Of a stretch of DNA of 64,000 nucleotides, positions 57,834-64,000 are shown piece by piece. This stretch comes from Lobosporangium transversale (lineage: Eukaryota). The stretch spans positions 434,001 through 498,000 of the forward strand of contig NW_019028998.1 in assembly GCF_002105155.1 (NCBI RefSeq), read 5' to 3'. How positions within the stretch are numbered: position 1 is the first letter of the stretch; each line of letters begins with the position of its first letter. Under the pieces are notes generated by a model that was not told the origin of the DNA, searched no databases, and was given only the letters and a program-made list of their open reading frames with translations. Both the position numbers and the translations under genes were made by a program.

Positions 57834-58280
57834 CTTCCTTTGTCAAGTATAGGTAGGTATCGCTCTCCATGATGTCCACTCGTTCTTAAAAAAAAAAAAA
57901 AAAGAGGAGAGAAGAGAGCAGGAGGGTGATAAAGAAGAAACACGCCCCAGGACCGCATGGCTTGCAGCATTAAGGCATTATGGCACACCATGGAAAATTA
58001 TAGAGTGAGCAAATTTACAAATAATCTATCCTTGAATGGTAGGCGATAGTTGTCCAACCGTGATTGTTTGCGCATTTTAAAAAATCTAGACGAAAACATT
58101 TTTAAAATCGCGCATGTTGCATGGTTACACAGTACAAAGTTTGAACTGATATAAAAGGTGGGTGGATTCATTATCGCACTTCATTCTCAACAACAGCACA
58201 CCAAAAAAGAAAAAAAAAAAAAAAAAGAAAAAACTTTCATTACTTTCCTTTCTCTTTTGCTTAATATCACTTCATCAACC

Positions 58281-58837
58281 ATGGCTGTAAGCTTAGTATC
58301 CCAATGATCAATCCATTCTTACTCACTAACTCGGGTCAAAGTAATTTCAACCATAGCGTGTTTACTTACTTTAAATATCCCTCTACTCCATTTTATCCCT
58401 TTAAAATAAAAAACATAGCAATACAAGTATGACGTTGTCATGTCCTGCGGCGGATGCTCTGGCGCTGTGACCAAAGCCCTGTCAAAGCTCCAAGGTAAAC
58501 TAATCATATCTGTAAGGAAATCAATCGTCTCTATTTTATCAAAGTCACTTATGACTCCAAATGTTTGAATATTATTTCCTGAAGGTGTCGAAAGCTTCGA
58601 TGTTTCTCTTGAAAAACAGAAAGTCACTGTTGAATCATCTACTCTGTCGGAGGTGTGTTTATAAGTATATTTTTCGTGCATGTACGTTATGAATATAACG
58701 CGGGTAAAAAAGAAGACAAAGAGTGTTTTTGGTCACTCACTAGGTTGTTTCTATCATATTACCTCTACACCTTTTAGAATGAGATCCTGACTGCTATTCA
58801 AAAGACCGGCAAGACTGTCAAGGTCGCTTCGGATTAA
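58281..58837 (+). CDS. ATX1: Copper chaperone Atx1 (HMA domain), 69 aa. Exons 58281-58286, 58419-58494, 58585-58652, 58778-58837
   Basis: Spliced [43 protein letters not shown]...IQKTGK contains MxCxxC and KTGK. It is absent from the ORF track. Confidence 0.93.
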
Positions 58838-59069
58838 ACAGGGGCTTTCTTCAGTGAATGACCTTTTTTATCATGCACATTATCTTTCTCTTTTTATTTT
58901 ATGACTATGCTTGCCCCCATTCCCTTTTTTTACGCAGTATACATTCATTAAGCAATAAAAACAACTATTATCTATCACTTCAAAGTGAAGAATTAATAGT
59001 AGCTGAGCTTCTCTCACAAAGGTCAGACAATATCTACTGTATTAAATGAACATTTTATACTACCTACTC

Positions 59070-62000
59070 TCATCCATCTCTCATCTTGATATCCTGTCCT
59101 TCTTCCCCAGAATCACTATTATCATCACGAGAAGGATCTTCTTTTTCCCATGCCTGATGGTCTTTGGAATCTTGAGCTTGCTTTCCTTCTCGCTCTGGGA
59201 TCTCGTTGCGCAAACGAATCTCCTTTTCCAGCATGGTCTCATACAATTGATCTAGCTCATCTAGTGAAAATAATCTTCGTAGTCTCGGCTCAAACGCAAG
59301 CATATAAAGATCCTTGCTCCAAGGACAATCGTTCAACGCACGCAACAGAAGCTGCTTCACTCGCATATTTGTTTCAGTTTTTTCTGGAGTGACAGTGTCG
59401 ATTGTTGATTTTGATGATAATGCTGATGAGGGTTTAGCTTGTCGAGCACTCTCCCGCAGTTCGAGCTCTATATAAATTAGCCATAGGCTTGGACTCGAGT
59501 TGAAAGTGGCTGATGATGATTTCGAAGCCGATTCAAGAGCCGCTTCTAGAATAGAACGTACAACACTGGGATTGTATGGCTCTTGATTCCATAGTTCATA
59601 ATATATGCCAAAAACCCACATCGGCGCCTTACTAACGGGAGATCCATTATTACAATTGTGGTACTGCCGGCCAGCCAACTGTTCATTAACCCATGTGCGA
59701 ACGCGACCATGCAATCGTTGCTTTGTCTCGGACCAGAAAAATAGCGACTGTAGAATGCTACAGTTCGGAAATCGTTTTAAACCCTCTTGAACTACTCGGC
59801 GCAAGTCACGAGGCTGGAACCCTGCTCCGTCACTCCTGCCTCCAACAATTTTACCGCGATATAATGGCGATGAGGTATTATGCTTGGATGTGCTACCCAT
59901 GCCTTTTTGGGAATGAAGATAAACCATTTTCGTAAGCTGAATCCATACCATTTCTGCTTCAACACTTGTACAAATCTTTTTTGTTACGGTTGTCTTTTCG
60001 GCCTTTAGAGCATCCGCAAATATTGCGAGAGATGAATAGAATAGAGGTTGCTGCCTTTGTTTCCGTTTTTCTGTCTCATCTTGCGAAGATACGATGGGCA
60101 CCTCAATTTCACTGTCTGGGTTTCGTAAGTCCAGCTCGTGGATCGTGTTTTCAAAAACCCTGATACCAGACTGTAAACCCGAGCCTACCGCTGCTGCGCC
60201 AGTTGTGGCAGAGAGGTATTCGAACCATGCAAAACAGACGACTAGGTCTAAAGCAGGCTCAAACCACTGACCACCGATTGACTCTTTCTGTGCATTTATT
60301 GGATTGTTTTGTGCCATAATAGAAGGGCGACGCAAATTGAGCTGTGCCACCTTTTGAGCATAAAACTGACGTGCTTTGATCAGCCTCGTTGGGTTAGGCA
60401 CTGGAATATCATCTTGTGAATCCTCCGGGACGGTTACTAGTAGGAATGGAAGTGAAAATATACGTATTGAAAAGACATCAACATTATAAATTCTAAAACC
60501 TATTCTAATGTCAAGGGCTTGATACCCTGTGATTACAACGACGATGGGAGTCTCTTTTTTTATATTTACCTGAAGTTCCTTCTGCAAATGCCACAAGGAT
60601 TCCCAGCGCAGCACCAGGTCGATCTTGTTCCCATTCTAACTCTGCGAAATAACGGTAAATTAGAGGCACTCTTGCTTGGATATTTATCGGAAAAGATTGG
60701 TACATTGATAAGACAGTTGAATATATTTTTCGAGCCTTCAAATATAAATATAAATAAAAAAAAAATAAAAAAAAAAAAGATTAAATCTCCTTGGTTCCAT
60801 TATCATGAATAGTCAACACTTTGAATTTAAGCATTGAGGATTTTTTTTGTTTGTTTGTACCTCAGAAATACGGCCAAGTGCCCTTTCTGCTTGAGCATAT
60901 GCGTTCCACAAATCAAGATCCATTCTGTCATTCTTCAAATATTTCTTGGCTAGCTTCTGGCTTTTGACTGCAGACATTGTATCCAAGGTCTCATACATCA
61001 TATGATAAAGCGAGAGATTACGCCGCTGGCTCTTGGATAATGGGACGACCTCTATTAGCTGCTGAAGTGAACGTCTATTGAGAAATTCAGAAGGATTGTA
61101 GCAAAAGAGAGCGAAAGATAGAGTTTCAAAATGTAAATCATTACATCCTACATGTATTTCTTTCAAGCAAGCCAAAATAAAGGATAGTTGCATACCGGAT
61201 AAAAAGCTTGTTTGTTGTCTGTATCTCTTCGTTGCTACTCACAGTGGCCCATCGATATCGAGTTTTCTCCATCTTTTCTGGCTCCAGTGTTTGATTAATG
61301 TTTCCGAATAGCGTGTCCGCACTCTGAGGAAATAACCTCAATGGCAAGTTCCAGACATAGTCCCAATTTTGTTGCTCCCCTTTTCTCATTGGTTCTTGAA
61401 AGTTATATTCCCGCGCAATGTCCCTGAGAATGCACTCTACCAACTTTGCATGATCGTCAAATTCGGGAAAGAACCTTCTTAGGCCCTCGTTGGAGGCTAA
61501 TGTAGACTGGATATTCATGCCCAAGTTCAGCAATAAACTGTCGTGGAAAAAAGGATTATAGGTGCTGATGTTATTGACGTTCGTTATCGATTGTTTTGAG
61601 TAAGAATCAGGATTTGATACCGATGAACTTGATAGTGTCTGTGGCCCATTTGACCCAATAGACGAGTTAATAGGTATGCCAAGAAAATTAAATACACATT
61701 CTATATACTGTTGGCGGGCCTCAGGGGAGTAAAGTGAAGAAATAAAGGGTCGAATGTCATCAAATATGATGATCCCGTAAGGATCATCCTCTAACTGATC
61801 CGGTAGCTCCTCTATTATAAATCGCATGTTGATTCAACGGCAAATGTTAAAAGATGTACACATTGGGGGAGAACTGGATAAGGTGTCAAGAACAAGTCCT
61901 ACCTGTGGTTCGTATAGGGAACCAGCAGAGGGTGGAAAGCTCTCTCTCAAGACTCGCCCAACGAGTATAATGATAGCGATCAACATTATTGTCGGCGAAC

Positions 62001-64000
62001 GCTTTGATCAACTCATCAGTAGGGGCATTTAGTGAAGGTAGTTTTACGGATTCAAGCAAGCCTTCCACTGCTACTTCATCCTCCTCAGTAACATAGTGGT
62101 TCCATCCCTTTGCATCCTTTTCTCCAAAACGCGGTAACTCAGAATCCCAAAATTCTTCTAGGCTCCTGATCTGAACTCGCCATGATTCTGTCGCCAGACT
62201 GGGCGGCATATTGAATAAAAATTCTATCTGGCCTTGAATGATGCCTTGAGCTCGCTCAACATATCCTACAGGTCAAGGAGAAGGAGAATCATCCTTTAAC
62301 AATGGATATGAAATGTCAATAAAGTATGACGGCAAACCTCTGAAAAATTTAAACCCTTACCTGCTTCTTTTAAGAATGTCCATGCTCGAGCCATGATATG
62401 AACCATGACCGACTCAACCTTAACAAGCTGTATTCCTAGTTCTGCATTCTCTTCAGGCGACCGCTGTATAGCCATCCAAGTCGATCTCGCTAGTTGCCCT
62501 AAACGCTCCAATCCTTCCCCCAAAACGCGCACAAAACTCTTGACTGAGAAACTCAAGAAATGTCGCTGTCGATAATCCAGATATTCAATCCACAGGCCTG
62601 GCCAAGCTGTTTGGATCTGATTTGACTGCAAGAGCTCATCCCATTTTGACAGGACTTTGGCAGATTCCCAGCATTGTCGACACGTGTTCATGTATTCCAA
62701 TAACAAACGCTCGTTTGTTGGATTGGACAGCAAAGCACGTTCAAAAATACTAAGCTTTACCTCAAAATGACTGGTGGAATGGGCTCCAACTTTGGCTGTT
62801 GAACGCCGATTCGAGACTAGGTCGATTTCATCCTCGAGGGCAATAAACTCTAGCCATTTGCTGGGTTGTTTTGGATCTTTGCGCAACTCTGCGTCAACCA
62901 TCATCCTGCGTCTTCTGAGTACGTCCAGCGCGCTCTCTGCGCCTTCTTCTTCCTGGTCACTTGTAGTCTGCATTAAGTCCTCATCCTCTTCCTTGTAAAC
63001 AGATTTACCATGGATATCTCTGTAATCAACCTTTTTTTTCCCTGAAATTCCTAGTTCATTGTCACTATCGATCTCGCCGCTTGTATTCTCACTATCGCTC
63101 CGATCTGATGAATGCAACCTCTTACTGCTCCTCGACCGAATATCAAGCGATATGAATGATGAATCTTCGCACACTATGTTTGATAACTTCGCCAGCTCTT
63201 CAGCCTTTGCTCGTGAAATTCTTTTGTATTCCTTACTCTGATCGCGCCACGTCGCATGGGGATCAACATAGCGCTTAGTTTTAGTGCTCTTTTTCTTCGT
63301 TTTAAAAACAATGAATTTCCCGCCTTGCGCTTTAGTCTTCTCGTAATCTATCAGTATATCTGATGGCATTCCTAATACTCGACCACCTGCATATTGGATA
63401 AATTTGTAGATTACGTCCCTATTGATTAATGCGCTATTATAATAAACAAGTGCATTTTTTTTGTCTGCATATGCCACAATGATATATGATGGCCTACCTC
63501 CTGCACGGTTGTATTTTGGTATTGTCCGGGGGTTGATGCCACCATAACGAAAGAAATCCTGGTCACCACGAACATCTATAACCCATGTACCTGGTTTGTT
63601 CTTTTCTTCAGAAGTGCCGCTACGCTGCCATGTCGAAGAGGATGGGTATACTGAGATCGGTATTTCACTGCCTGTTCCTTGTTCTAGCCGACGATCTCGC
63701 TTACTGCGGCTAGTCCACGAATTGTCATAATCATCCTTCGCTTCTTCCTCCTCACACCGTCTTCTTTTATGATCAAGGTTCTTACGCAAAGGTTCGTCTG
63801 ATCTGTGCATAGTAGAATGCTGCTTTGTACGGTGGCGGTCCTGTTCCCAATATTGGTCCCAAACTTGCGTAATATTACGGTCATCGCCATGGTGTTTTTT
63901 CAATTGGCTCCCACTATGTCGATCATTATATCGGTCCCTAGAGCTGTCTCTTCTGCGATCATTGCGATTACTACTCCTCTTTTGCTCGCGACTATCATGA
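59070..64000 (-). CDS. NRDE2: NRDE2/Nrl1 (HAT-repeat, nuclear RNAi/splicing, MTR4 partner), 5'-partial. Exons >64000-63498, 63386-62361, 62265-61903, 61811-61196, 61074-60861, 60735-60570, 60436-59070
   Basis: IDVRGD..RYG...PKYNRAG, KLSIFERAL, GYVERAQGIIQGQIEF, FWDSELPRFGE, CWFPIR, EDDPYG.I.FDDI, CPWSKDLYM and MLEKEIRLR. Confidence 0.92.

Overview
Gene-dense, intron-containing eukaryotic DNA from an early-diverging fungus, most consistent with Mortierellaceae (inferred from gene families, GT-AG introns of about 100-200 nt and long poly-A/poly-T tracts). I could build 18 protein-coding genes. In order: CLASP/Stu1-like, SIRT4-type sirtuin, cytochrome b561, COR-like+LRR protein, PA2G4/Cdb4-like, BLCAP/BC10, DUSP-USP deubiquitinase, EI24/Rrt8-like, sterol O-acyltransferase, DUF1772, a low-complexity hypothetical protein, QCR8, a DMT/YdcZ transporter, pirin, a C2H2 transcription factor, TRM10, ATX1, and NRDE2 (5' end outside the window). 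Several are invisible or fragmented in the ORF track because of small exons. There is one clear unprocessed pseudogene (succinyl-CoA ligase beta), two weaker gene relics and a degenerate repeat at the left end. The best leads are a transcription factor whose four hidden 5' exons encode a Spt23/Mga2-like Cys/His domain fused to C2H2 fingers, and a Roc-less COR-like+LRR candidate immune receptor. No tRNA, rRNA, CRISPR or intact transposon was recognised. All family calls come from motif recognition, not database searches.
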